DNA from: Mobula hypostoma
Lineage: Eukaryota
Length of the DNA stretch: 64,000 nucleotides
Direction of reading: 5' to 3'
NCBI RefSeq assembly: GCF_963921235.1
Contig: NC_086108.1
Location: 55,740,001-55,804,000 of the forward strand
In this document: positions 51,840-63,615 of the stretch, piece after piece
How the letters are laid out: each line of letters begins with the position of its first letter
Numbering within the stretch: the stretch's first letter is position 1
Position numbers and translations under genes: made by a program
The notes under the pieces: model-generated
What the model was told of the DNA's origin: nothing
Seen by the model: the letters and a program-made list of their open reading frames with translations, nothing else
Database searches by the model: none

Positions 51840-53071
51840 CGCCTCTTCCTATAGATGCTGCTTGGCCTGCTGCGTTCACCAGCAACTTTGATGTATGTTG
51901 CTTGAATTTCCAGCATCTGCAGAATTCCTGTTGTTTGCATTATTTCTGCCAGATTACCAAACTCCACAATTCTGGAAAATATTGATGAAAAATTAGCTCA
52001 TTTACAGCCAGAGCAGAGAGAGCGGATGAAACAGTTAATTTTTAAATATAGGGATACATTTCCGGACGTTCCTAGAAGAACCACTGTAGCTTCGCATGAT
52101 GTAAATGTTGGAGATGCAAAACCAATAAAACAACATCCATATCGGATAAACAGGGGAAAGTGTGAACTTGCTGATCAAGAAATTAAGTATATGTTAGAGA
52201 ATAATATTATTAGACCTTCTAATTCGAAGTGGAGTTCACCATGTGTTATGGTGCCTAAACCAGACAATAGTATTCGGTTTTGTACAGATTACAGGAAGGT
52301 GAATGCTGTGACAAAAACTGACGCATATCCAAACCATATGGTAGATGATTGTGTGGATAAAGTTGGACAAGCAAATTTCCTTACAAAGATTGATTTGTTA
52401 AAAGGTTATTGGTGTGTTCCATTGATGGATAGAAGTAGAGAGATTTCTGCACTTGTAACCCCATCCGGGTTATATGAATATAATTTAATTCCATTTGGGA
52501 TGAAGAATGCACCAGGTTCTTTCCAGTGGATGATTAATAGTGTGATTCATGGGTTAAAAGATACAGATGCTTATATTGATGTTTTAGATACAGGAAATAA
52601 TACTTAGAAAGCACATATTACTGCGGTGGAGAAACTATTTGAAAGACTTTCAAAAGCTAACTTAACTATTAACTTAGCTAAAAGTGAATTTGGTCATGCC
52701 ACGGTGATCTACCTTGGTTATATTATAGGTCTGGGCTCAGTTAAAGAGAAGAGTTAAGGAAGTAAATCAAACTCCAATTTAGCAACAAAGTTTGATGTTA
52801 CAGGAGTATAATATTTTGATAACTCATATTAAAGGTAAAGATAATGTGATCGCTGATTCTCTATCTAGATGTTAAATGTACAATGTAAATGTTTTTTGAG
52901 TGGTATTTTAACAATTGTAACACTCCTACTGTATATTAGTTTGCAAGATGCTGTATGATAATACTGTGTATATTGTGTAAGTTGTAAATTTTATACATTT
53001 GTATTTTTTTTTGTAAATAGTTAATTGTTAAAATTTTGCTCCTAAAAAGACCAATTTATTTTGGAGGGAGG

Positions 53072-53203
53072 TGTTACATACCTCATAGGTATCTTGTGAC
53101 TGTCTTATGACCATAATGTAATTGAGTATCTGATGAGCATGATGTAATGGTCTTGTGGAGGTCACATGATGTAATTTTCCCACCAATGTGAGGTCATGAG
53201 ATA
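53072..53203 (+). repeat. 3' LTR of Gmr1-like element
   Basis: Repeat of 48343-48474, directly after the polypurine tract. Confidence 0.9.
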
Positions 53204-55707
53204 ATAGAAACAAAGAAAGCCGACAGCACAATACAGGCCCTTCGGCCCACAAAGCTGTGCCGAACATGTCCTTACCTGGGAACTACCTAGGCTTTACCCA
53301 TAGCCCTCTATTTTCCTAAGCTCCATGTATCCATCCAGGAGTCTCTTAAAAGACCCTATCATTTCCGCCTCCGCCACCGCTACCAGCAGCCCATTCCACG
53401 TACTCACCACTCTCTGTGTAAAAAAATTACTCCTGACATCTCCTCTGTGCCTACTTCCAAGCACCTTAACACTATGCCCTCTTGTGCTAGCTATTTCAGC
53501 CTTGGGAAAAAGCCTTAGACTATCCACACGATCAACGCCTCTCATTATCTTGTACACCTCTATCAGGTCACCTCTCATCTTCCGTCACTCCAAGGAGAAA
53601 AGGCCAAGTTCACTCAACCTATTCTCATAAGGCATGCTCCCCAATCCAGGCAACATCCTTGTAAATCTCCTCTGCACCCTTTCTATGGTTTTCATGTCCT
53701 TCCTGTAGTGAGGCGATCAGAATTGAGCACAGAACTCTAAGTGGGGTCTGACCAGGGTCCTATATAGCTGCAACATTACCTCTTGGTTCTTAAACTCAAT
53801 CCCACAATTGATGAAGGCCAACACACCATATGCCTTCTTAACCACAGAGTCAACCTGCGTAGCAGCTTTGAGTGTCCTACTGACTCGGGACCCAAGATCC
53901 CTCTGATCTTCCACACTGCCAAGAGTCTTACCATTAATGCTATATCCTGCCATCATATTTGACCTACAAAAATGAACCACCTCACACTTATCGGGGTTGA
54001 GCTCCATCTGTCACTTCTCAGCCCAGTTCTGCATTTTTATCAATGTCGAGCTGTAACCTCTGACAGCCCTCCACACTATCCATAACACCCTCAACACCCC
54101 CAACCTTTGTGTCATCAGCAGATTTACTCACCCATCCCTCCACTTCCTCATCCAGATCATATATAAAAATCACAAAGAGTAGGGGTCGCAGAACAGATTC
54201 CTGGTCGCTAGCCTCTATGCAGAATATGACCCATCTACAACCACTCTTTGCCTTCTGTGGGCAAGCCAGTTCTGGATCCACAAAGCAATGTCCCCTTGGA
54301 TCCCATGCCTCCTTACTTTCTCAATAAGCCTTGCATGGGGTACTTTATCAAATGCCTTGCTAAAATCCATATATACTACATCTACTACTCTACCTTCATC
54401 AATGTGTTTAGTCACATCCTCAAAAAATTCAATCAGACTCATAAGACACGACCTGCCTTTGACAAAGCTATGCTAACTATTCCTATTCATATTATGCCTC
54501 TCCAAATGTTCATAAATCCTGCCTCTCAGGATCTTCTCCATCAACTTACCAACCACTGAAGTAAGACTCACTGGTCTATAATTTCCGGGGCTATCCCTAC
54601 TCCCTTTCTTGAATAAGGGAACAACATCCGCAACTCTCCAATCCTCCAGAACCTCTCCCATCCTCATTGATGATGCAAAGATCATCGCTAGAGGCTCAGC
54701 AATCTTCTCCCTCGCTTCCCATAGTAGCTTGGGGTATATCCTGTCCAGTCCTGGTGACTTATCCAACTTGATACTTTCTAAAAGCTCCAGCACATCCTCT
54801 TCCTTAATATCTATATGCTCAAGCTTTTCAGTCCGCTGCAAGTCATCCCTACAATCACCAAGATCCTTTTCCGTAGTGAATACTGAAGCAAAGTATTCAT
54901 CTTCTCTCCCATCTCCTCCGGTTCCATGCACATTTTTCCACTGTCACACTTGATTGGTCTTATTCTCTCACATCTTATCCTCTTGCTCGTCATAGAATGC
55001 CTTGGAGTTTTCCTTAATCCTGTTCACCAAGGCCTTCTTATGGCCCCTTGTGGCTCTCCTAATTTCATTCTTACGCTCCTTCCTGCTAGCCTTATAAATC
55101 TTCTAGATCTCTATCATTACCTAGTTTTTGAACCTTTCCTATGCTCTTCTTTTCTTCTTGACTAGATTTACAACAGCCTTTGTACACCACAGTTCCTGTA
55201 CCCTACCATCCTTTCCCTGTCTCATTGGAATGTATCTATGCAGAACCCCATGCAAATATCCCCTGAACATTTGCCACATTTCCGCCGTACATTTCCCTGA
55301 GAACATCTGTTTCCAATTTATGCTTCCAAGTTCCTGCCTAATAGCCTCATATTTCCCTTTACTCCAATTAGAGGTTTTCCTAACTTGTCTGTTCCTATCC
55401 CCCTCCAATGCTATGGTAAAGAAGATTGAATAGTGATCACTAGCTCCAATATGCTCTCTCATTTTGAGAGACCTGACACCTGTCCAGGTTCATTTCCCAA
55501 TACCAGATCAAGTACAGCCTCTCGTCTTGTAGGCTTATCTACACATTGTGTCAAGAAACCTTCCTGAACACACCTAACAAACTCCACCCCATCTAAACCC
55601 CTCACTCTAGGGAGATACCAATCAATATTTGGGAAATTAAAATGTCCCACCACAACAACCCTGTTATTATTATTTGTTTCCAGACTCTGTCTCCCTATCT
55701 GCTCCAA
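53204..55707 (-). mobile_element. CR1 LINE ORF2 (endonuclease to tail), fragmented; same subfamily as 13497-14864
   Basis: FNFPNIDW, LDLVLGN, ASDH, NYRPVSLTSVVGK, MDFSKAFDKVPH, SADDTK, RMRGDLIEVYK; 3'UTR closely similar to 14770-14864. Confidence 0.95.
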
Positions 55708-55839
55708 AATGTCTAGTATCTTCTTTTTTTAAATTCTTGTACTAACAGGACTCATCTCTTGCACTTATCAGTACATGCCCAAATTCACGTTATTGATTGA
55801 ACACTTTCCTGTTCCACATAGCGTCACATAAAAAAACAC

Positions 55840-56310
55840 AAGGCAAAAGTGGTGGATACAGCCAGTCCGCACTGGTAAAGCCCTCACCACCACTGAGTAC
55901 ATTTACAATGAGCAATGCCATAAGAAGGCAGCAAGGAACTCTGCCATCCCAGCTCTGCTCGCATCTCACTACTACCGTGGGATAGGAGGTACTTGAGTCT
56001 TAGATTCCATATCACCAGGTTCAGGAACAGTTACCCTCTAACCATCATCTCTTGAACCAGCATGGATAACTTCACTCAGCTCAACTCTCAACTGATTCTA
56101 CAGCCTACAGACTCACTTTCCAGACCCTGCAACTCGTATTCTCAGTATTATACAATTTGTCACCTTTTGCACATTGGTTGTCTGCAAGTCTTTGTTTATG
56201 TATAGTTTTCACAAATTCTGTTGCGTCAGCCTGCAAGAAAATGCATCTCAAGGTAGTATATGGTGCCATCGAGTATACGTACTTTGATAATATATTTACT
56301 GTGACTTTGA
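55840..56310 (+). mobile_element. Rex1/Babar-type 3' fragment
   Basis: CACCAGGTTCAGGAACAG motif and tail ACTTTGATAATATATTTACTGTGACTTTGA, similar to 15200-15525. Confidence 0.6.
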
Positions 56311-59300
56311 TCAAACCAAATTGTTCTTAATAGCATTGTAGTTTTAAGTATTTTCAGTTTATTGAATAATTTAAGTCAAAATTGTATAAGATTTTCATTA
56401 AAGAGAATGCCATTATATTTTAAAACATTTGCCTTTCATTCAACTTCAAAAAAGGCAGAATACTGGCAGTTTTTAGATGAAGAACTAAGGAACCAAGGTA
56501 TATGAATGGGGAAGGAGCATTGGTGGGTTAGTCAGTTGCCACTAATGGAGGCAGGGGGTAGAATGTATGACATCGTGGGGTGTGTGGGGTGGTGGGGGTG
56601 GGGAGATAGCATGTGATGAGAATGAAAAAGCTCATGTGAGTCATAGGTGTCTGGCTATACCAGGAGGAGATATATAAGGAAAGTATATGATTTCATTGAG
56701 TAACTTAAATGTGAAAAGGGATGATGGTATACGGACATATGGAATGGTAATAGAAGAGACAAATAAACTCATTTTTACTTATTTAAAATCATAAGATTTC
56801 GTAAGATCTTCAGGTCTCTTCCTAGTCTACTTTTGTAATCAATATTTATAAAGCCAAAAATCAGAGGCCTTCTTGCATATGAACAAAATGGGTGAACCTT
56901 CTCACTGACTTTGGTATTTTACTGGCAAGGCAAGAAAATGATCTTAAATAGAGGAGTAGGCATGCAAAGCTGAATGCACCTCTCCTCCTTTTAGATATCT
57001 TCTAAAATCCCATTGGAAGGAGAATTGGTCAGAATTTTTTCTGCAATTTAATTTTTTTTCAGTAAGCACCTTTGCACCTTGTAGTCCCAACTATTGTCTT
57101 ATTGATCTCCAAGTGCACTTACTTCATTAAGTGCGAATGAAGGTCAATGCAGCTTTTACTCCAACAGTGATCTTAAGGTGAGATCATCTGAAACACTTTC
57201 TGGTGCCACAAGGTGAAAGTGAGAAGTTCTGAGAATGGCAAAAAACAAGGCTGAAAAGTTTGACTAAGATTTTATGCTCCCGCGAACAACTATTGGCAGT
57301 GTTTATACCATGCCACCAATACACAGTCAAACAACTTACTAAATTAGCACCTTCAACAAAGAAAAAATGTCTCAAGGTCCATCACAAAGAAGTGCTGGTA
57401 GGTGAATTGTGACTGTAAATTGTCCCTCAGTCTCAGTAACTTACAAAAGGGAACATGGTGAGCAAATGGAGAAAATAATTTGCAGAGCTCCGGGATGAGG
57501 GGGACTCATGGGATTTCTCTGCTGCAAGTTGGCATGGACTCCGTGAATGAATGCTTTCTTATTAAGTGTATTAGTCGTACTAACAGCAGAAAGGTACATC
57601 AGTTAGACCAAGTTTCTACGAGATAGCATATTGGCTGTATAATCAGGGTGCCCAAGGCATGCTTTCACTCCTTGCAGTTTAAAATAGCTTATTTTTGTAA
57701 ATGTAATGAATAGCTGTTGCCTGCTATGTCCTTACAGTATGGTAGAATTTGCCCTCGAATATCCCAGAATTACAAAGCATCCTTCTTATAACCATCTCAG
57801 CCTCACTTCCTGACTGCTCTCATTCTTTCTCCAAAGTGATTAATAGTTTCTCAGTGACATGCTTTATCCCAGCAGCTATAAAGTAACTCAGCATCTGATA
57901 TTCTCCTATTTTACTTGATGATTCTGAGTTTATTTTAACAGATTTTTAGTATTTATTACTTAAAGTTGAAGTAATTTCTTATCGAAGTACATATATGACA
58001 CCATATACTACCTTGAGATTCACTTTCTTGCGGGTATTCATAGTAGAACAGAGGAATGCAGCAGAATCGATGAAAAACTACACACAAATGAAGACTAGCA
58101 AGCAACCAATGTGCAAAAGAAGACAAACTGTGCAAATTAATATGAATAAATAATACTCAGAACATAAATTATAGAGTCCTTAAAAGCAAGTCTTATCAGT
58201 TCATATTTGAGATGAGTGAAGTTATCCACACTGGTTCAGGAGCCTGAAGGGTAGTAACTGTTTATTCAGCTGAGCATTGTAGAATCTGTCTGCATCCATT
58301 TGAAAAGATTGTGAGGCATTTGTCCTTATTGCACTGGGCATGATTTGATTTTATTTTCTACTTCATTTATCAGCTATCTGTATGGATATCTTTGAATGAA
58401 ATTGCGTCGTTTCAACTTGAACAAATTCTTTTTATTGATATCGGAATTTAGGTCAGTCAGTTGAATCAGTCAGTCACTATCTCAAGAGGCACTTGTTCTG
58501 CCTATCATTTTCTTATCCTATTTGGCGATTAGTGTGGTGCTAAGGGATTGAAAGATTGCAATACCATGCCAGTCATTGTAACCTTGGTGATGGGAAAGTT
58601 ATTGGAAACAGCTATCTGGAAGGCATTCATTAAATTTAGAGAGGCATAGATTAGCCAGCGTGAATTTATTTTGGAACGTGTTTGTCAAGGTAATTAGGGG
58701 TAGGACATTTAATATAATCCATAAAGGTTTTAGCAATGCTTTTGTCAAGTACCACATGACCAACTGGCCGAAACCCTTTTCCTCAAAGTAAGATAGGAGC
58801 AGCCTTTGAATATATTTAAGGTAGTGGTAGATAAGAAAAAAATGTGGATGCTTCCCCTGGGTAGAGAGGACTGCGAAGTTTTGGTTACAAGCAGATCCGT
58901 AAAATAGCAGAGGAGACCTGAAGGGATAAATAACCTCCTCCTGGTTTTTATTGTTTGTATTTTAAATGTCCACCCGAGGAGACTGCAATTCAACAAGAAA
59001 ATTGGCTGTGCTACCTGCTAGAACCTGATCAGCATCCACTTCCACTTGTTACCATTGGGAACCATAATTGTCAGTGCCTGCCAACGTCACCACTCTCTTG
59101 ATTTTGCATCCAGTTCAGACATACAAGGCTAAATTTTTGGGAGTTTTGCAAAATTACTCAGCAGTCTTGAACTCATGCATCAAGCTCATCAACGAATTTG
59201 GAAACACAATCTTGTTAACCAAAATATTTCACTGCAGAGTTTTCTCAGTTTTCTTGAGTTTCTGTTTTAATCAGAGTGTAGAATATAATAATTTGCAATT

Positions 59301-59926
59301 CATGTGTCATTACAAGATTAATCCAAGCAACGTTATCAATAGCAAAATATTCCATTCCCTGGAGCATGAAATCGATATGTTACTAATACTACCAAATCTT
59401 CTGTATTAATATTTAATGTCCCTTCACAATTTGCCTTTATCTTAGGGTATAGATCTGATCTCAATAACTTCTTTTGAACCTTCCACTCACCAGCCTCACT
59501 CAGACTGCTCACCTTTGAACACTTGAATCAGATATGCCAAATATCACCTCTCCCACCAGTAGTGTATGTCAAAATGTGTTTTTTTAATTTGCATTAATTA
59601 CATCTTCCTCTCTCCACTCGAAGTGTTTGATCTCAGTCTGCAGTTGTCTGCCAGGCAGAAAGCATGGACTGAAGTGAAGCAGTTGGCTGAACTTTCTGTT
59701 GTTCCATTGCAGCAGCCTGCTCTGTTTCATTTGGAATAAAAATCAGTGCAGAGGAGGATAGAATGTTCAGAGGACTCTTATTGTATTTTAAAAGGGCAAG
59801 GAAAAAATTGTTTTAGAAAAAGTGAGATGCATCAGCAAGAGAATGCAAAAGTTAATTTATGGCTGATGGTATCTGTCTTTCCATGGTTTGTTCTTGACCT
59901 CTCCAGGAGTTAGAGAGCTGGGTAGT

Positions 59927-59999
59927 TGGTGATGATTCAGGAATCAGAGACCTAAGTACTGTACTGGTGATGATTCAGGAATCAGAGACTTAGGTACTG
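59927..59999. repeat. Tandem duplication, period 38 bp
   Basis: TGGTGATGATTCAGGAATCAGAGAC(C/T)TA(A/G)GTACTG occurs twice. Confidence 0.9.
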
Positions 60000-60339
60000 A
60001 AAACAATTGCCACCAGGCTCAAGGACAGTTTTTACTCTGCTGATATAAGATTATTAAATGGTTTCCTAGTACGACAGAATGGACTTGGAATCCTCACAAT
60101 CTACCTCATTATGTTCTTGTACCTAATTGTCTACCTGCACTGTATTTTCTCTGTAAGTGTTGCTATTGTATTCTGTTATTGTTTATAAAGCACTGTGTGA
60201 TGATTTGATCTGTTTGAACAGTTTGCAAGACAAGCTTTTCACTGTATCTCATATATTTGACTATAACAAACCAATTCCAGTTCAAAATTCAATGGGCCTA
60301 GGTGTTTGCAAGGTGAACATTTGCCAAAAGCAAATAGGA

Positions 60340-60725
60340 CACAGAGCATAGAACATAGTACAGGCTTTTTGTCCCATCAATGTTGTGCCAATCTTCCATT
60401 TTGCCCCAATATCAATCTAACCCTTAGATCCTACATAGCCCTCCATTTCTCATTCATCCTTGAGCCTAATAGAGTTTCTTAATTGCCCCTAATATATTTG
60501 CGTCTACAATCACCCTTGGCAAGGCATTCCATGCACTCACGACTCTCTGTGTAAAAAAATCTACCTCTGACTTTCTCCCTGTACTTTCCTCCAGTAAACT
60601 TAAAATTATGTCCCCTCAGATTAGCTGTTTCCATCCTGGGGAAAAAGTCTGTATTTATCCATTCAAACGATGCCTCTTATCATCTTGTACACCTGTCAAG
60701 TCACCTCTTATCCTCCTGCACTCCA
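60340..60725 (-). mobile_element. CR1 3' fragment
   Basis: Reverse complement of CR1 C-terminus and 3'UTR, similar to 17736-18166. Confidence 0.7.
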
Positions 60726-60910
60726 TAGCTGGGTCTCATGAGAGTACCCATGGCTAAACGTTTGATTTGGAGAGAGTCCAACTAGTCAGAAGATAAGTTG
60801 TCTGGTTCTGTCTGCATTGAAGAAAGAAGCAGAGAATCCTGAAGGTTTTGTTATGGGGGATAGAAGTGTCCAGGGACTGCAGATCCATGGTGAAAATGGG
60901 AATAGAAGGT

Positions 60911-60970
60911 ACCTCTTCCTAGAGATGCTGCCTGGCCTGCTGCGTTCACCAGCAACTTTGATGTATGTTG
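60911..60970 (+). mobile_element. 60-bp Penelope pseudo-LTR fragment with 9-bp direct repeats
   Basis: Near-identical to 51841-51900; flanked by ATAGAAGGT (60902-60910, 60971-60979). Confidence 0.85.
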
Positions 60971-61127
60971 ATAGAAGGTCCTGTTTGACTCTGTTTGCAA
61001 GGATCATACCACTCTCCCCAAGTCCAGAAGAAGTTGCAGAGTTTTGAATGTTACTCAATCAAACATCCCCTGCACTGACTCTCTCTACACTTCCCAATGC
61101 CACAGTGAAGCAACTAAACTAACCAAG

Positions 61128-61283
61128 CACAACACACAAAATGCTGGAGGAACTCAACAAATCAGGCTGCATCTATGGAAGGGAATAAACAGTCAAGACC
61201 CTTCATGAGACCTGGCTTCAACTGCTGAGTTCCTCCAGAATTTTGTGTTGCTCTGGATTTCCAGCATCTTCAGAATCTCTTGT
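61128..61283. mobile_element. Older Penelope-derived inverted pseudo-LTR pair
   Basis: CACAAAATGCTGGAGGAACTCA ... TGAGTTCCTCCAGAATTTTGTG inverted arms. Confidence 0.75.
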
Positions 61284-61479
61284 ATTTAACTTAATCAAGG
61301 ACAGCAGACATTCATTTTTCTCTCCCTCCCACTGGACAGAAGGTACAAAAGCTTGAGATTATGTTCATCAGAGGACAGGGCAGCTTTTATCACACTGATT
61401 GGGACTTTTGAGTGGGCCTCTCAAGCAATAAAAGATGGACATTTGATCTCCCAGTCTAACTCATCGTATTTATTATCTG

Positions 61480-61913
61480 TTTACTTACTTACGTATTACC
61501 TGTTATGCCTGCTGGTGTTTAAGGCAGCAATGAAGGTCCTCCATCCTTGGTGGTGTTCAGGGCTTTCTTCATCATGCCAGTATCATCTTCTCCATTTTCA
61601 CTACTGTCAGCCTTGCAAGGCGCAGGTGGAGATTCAGGAATACCATCACACTCAGATGTAGAAGGATTCTTCCTTGCTGTTTCCGTAACAGTTTTGTTTG
61701 ACCAGTCGGGGTTGTTTGCCCTGAGCTGAACCCCTGAACTTGGAGGACTGGTGGACCACTCTTAGTCTGTCCTTCACCCTTTGACCTGTTTGGCATGGGC
61801 TGTCCTACCAAGAGCCAAAGCATAAAGCCCTGACTGCAGCCAGGATAGCTGTCTGGGTCACTGAGACACGCAAACCTCCAAACCGCAAGAAGGTTGTGGT
61901 CATCTTGGAGGAT
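61480..61913 (-). mobile_element. Non-autonomous RTE-derived (Rex3/Expander-like 5'UTR) element
   Basis: Minus strand GGTTTGCGTGTCTCAGTGACCCAG..GGTAGGACAGCCCATGCCAAACAGGTC resembles the conserved RTE 5' region. (AAGT)n tail and flanking TTATCTG repeats. Confidence 0.7.
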
Positions 61914-63309
61914 TTATCTGCTTGCACTTCACTTCCTCTGTAGTTATAGCACCATGTTCTGCGTTCTTCTTTCCTTTTCACTCCCTTGGTATAATTATGT
62001 ACAGGATGATTTATCTGGAATGCACACAAACAAAGCTTTACACTATATCTTGCTGTATGTGATTTTATTAAACCAATACCTATTTGTATAAAAATCATCA
62101 TCGATGAGTCCAAAGTTCGGGACCTAGAGTTTGGAGTCCCATCCTCAGCAGACCTTTGGGCTGATACTGAAGTTCAATCAAAGGTCCAGAGGTCGATGCC
62201 CGATGGTAGAAGCCAAGTCTGTGAGTCCAATAGGGAAGTCAGGGGTATGATCTCAGTGTCCATGAGTCCCATGGAAGCTGGAGGCCCATCCTGTCCTGGG
62301 GTAGGAGGGTTGTCTGTCTGAGTGAGTGCGAGCGAGGAAAGGGACTCATTTGCTGTTGTTGTTTTGTTATTGTTTTCCTGTTGTTGATTTGCTTATTTTG
62401 TTCTGCTAAACATGGTTGACATGCTACGTTGGTGCTGGAATGTGTGGCAACACTTATGGGCTCCCTCCAGCATATCCCTAGGTTGTGTTGGTTGTAATGC
62501 CAACAATGCATTTTTCTGTATGTGTAAATGTATGTGATAAATAAATGAATCTGAAAGAGAGGTTTGGTCCTCTTATCTGCACTATTCCATATTGTTTCTA
62601 CATTGTATCTGTTGGTCTTTAAGTTACTTGCTAATGGGAACAACTCCTCTCTACTCACACACTCTAAATCAATTCATGACCTTGTCCACCTCCATCAAAC
62701 CTCCTCCTTCTCAACTCCAAGGAGGACAACATCAGCCCTTTCCAGAACAACACGCACAAAATGCTGGATGAGCTCAGGAGGCATCTATGGAGAGGAATAA
62801 GCAGCCAACATTTCAGTCTGAGACTCTTCCTCAGGACCCTTCCTTTTCCAGTCTGATCTTATCGCTGAAATCTCTCATCCTGTGATAAGTGAAGTAACTC
62901 CCTTCTTTAGCTTTTCTGAGATCACCAGTTCTTTTCTAAAATATGCTGCCTGAAGTCACACAGTGGTCCAGCTGTGGACAAACCTAATTCAAGATCACTT
63001 TAGAAAAATATTAGTGACTAAATATCTTGTAAGTTGCAAAGAAGAAGAAGATTTTGCTATCTTTGCAACCTCTCAGTGGCTCAAAACAGGCTCATTTTCA
63101 AACCTTTCGTTGTTCTAATGAAAGGTTAACTTTATACTCTCACTGAGCTACACATAATTTGAAAAAGTAGAACTGGGATTGGGATTGGAATTGGTTTATT
63201 ATTGTTACATGTACCAAGATACGGTGACAAGCTTGTCTTGCATACTCTTCATACAGATTAAATAATCACACAGTGTATTGGGGCAGAACAATGTAAAACA
63301 GTAACAGAA

Positions 63310-63615
63310 TGGGTGGCGCAGTGGTTAACAAAATGCTTTATGTCATCTGCGATTAGAATTAATTTCCTGTTGCTATCTGTAAGGAGTTTGTATGCTCTCC
63401 CCAAGGTGCTCCAATTTCCTCCCACATCCCAAAGACATACAAATTAGGGTCAGTAAACCGAGGCTGTGCTCTGTTGGTACCAGAAACATGGTGACATTTG
63501 CGGTCTGCCCTAGCACATCCTCAGACTGTGGTGGCACTTGCGCAAGTGACACACTTTACTGTATTTTTCATCGTTTTGATGTACATGTGACAAATGAAGC
63601 TAATCTTTATCCTTT
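63310..63615 (+). mobile_element. V-SINE/HE1-like SINE inserted in a minus-strand Rex-type tail
   Basis: GGTGGCGCAGTGGTTA A box, TGTAAGGAGTTTGTA, GGTGCTCCAATTTCCTCCCACATCCCAAAGAC. Confidence 0.8.

Larger units (their letters stand above)
51693..51937. mobile_element. Penelope-derived fold-back (inverted pseudo-LTR) insertion
   Basis: ~102-bp inverted arms (51691-51792 and 51799-51900) and 14-bp TSD CATTATTTCTGCCA (51679-51692, 51938-51951). Confidence 0.9.
48594..52876 (+). pseudogene. Disrupted gag-pol polyprotein: SCAN-like Gag, CCHC knuckle, protease, integrase, RT, truncated RNase H
   Basis: YELVPEAYRERFR..LKELILLEKF (SCAN-like), CNYCKKPGHVIANC, ILRDTGASQS, AH..GGH..CHTC + IID + QSDQG + LERFH (integrase), RFCTDYRKVN..PFGMKNAP..AYIDV (RT), HIKGKDNVIADSLSR (RNase H end). 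Many stops and frameshifts. Confidence 0.9.
48343..53203 (+). mobile_element. Gmr1-like Ty3/Gypsy LTR retrotransposon (decayed)
   Basis: Direct ~132-bp LTRs, tRNA-Pro PBS, polypurine tract GGAGGGAGG (53063-53071), domain order gag-PR-IN-RT-RH, possible TSD ATAG (48339-48342 and 53204-53207). Confidence 0.92.

Noticed and set aside
59068..59409. 113-aa ORF in unique AT-rich DNA (also 35939-36262)
   Set aside because: No recognisable domain or splice context; the length is compatible with chance.
59927..59999. Direct repeats as a CRISPR-like array (also 15771-15817)
   Set aside because: Only two adjacent copies with no spacers, in a eukaryotic context; these are simple tandem duplications.
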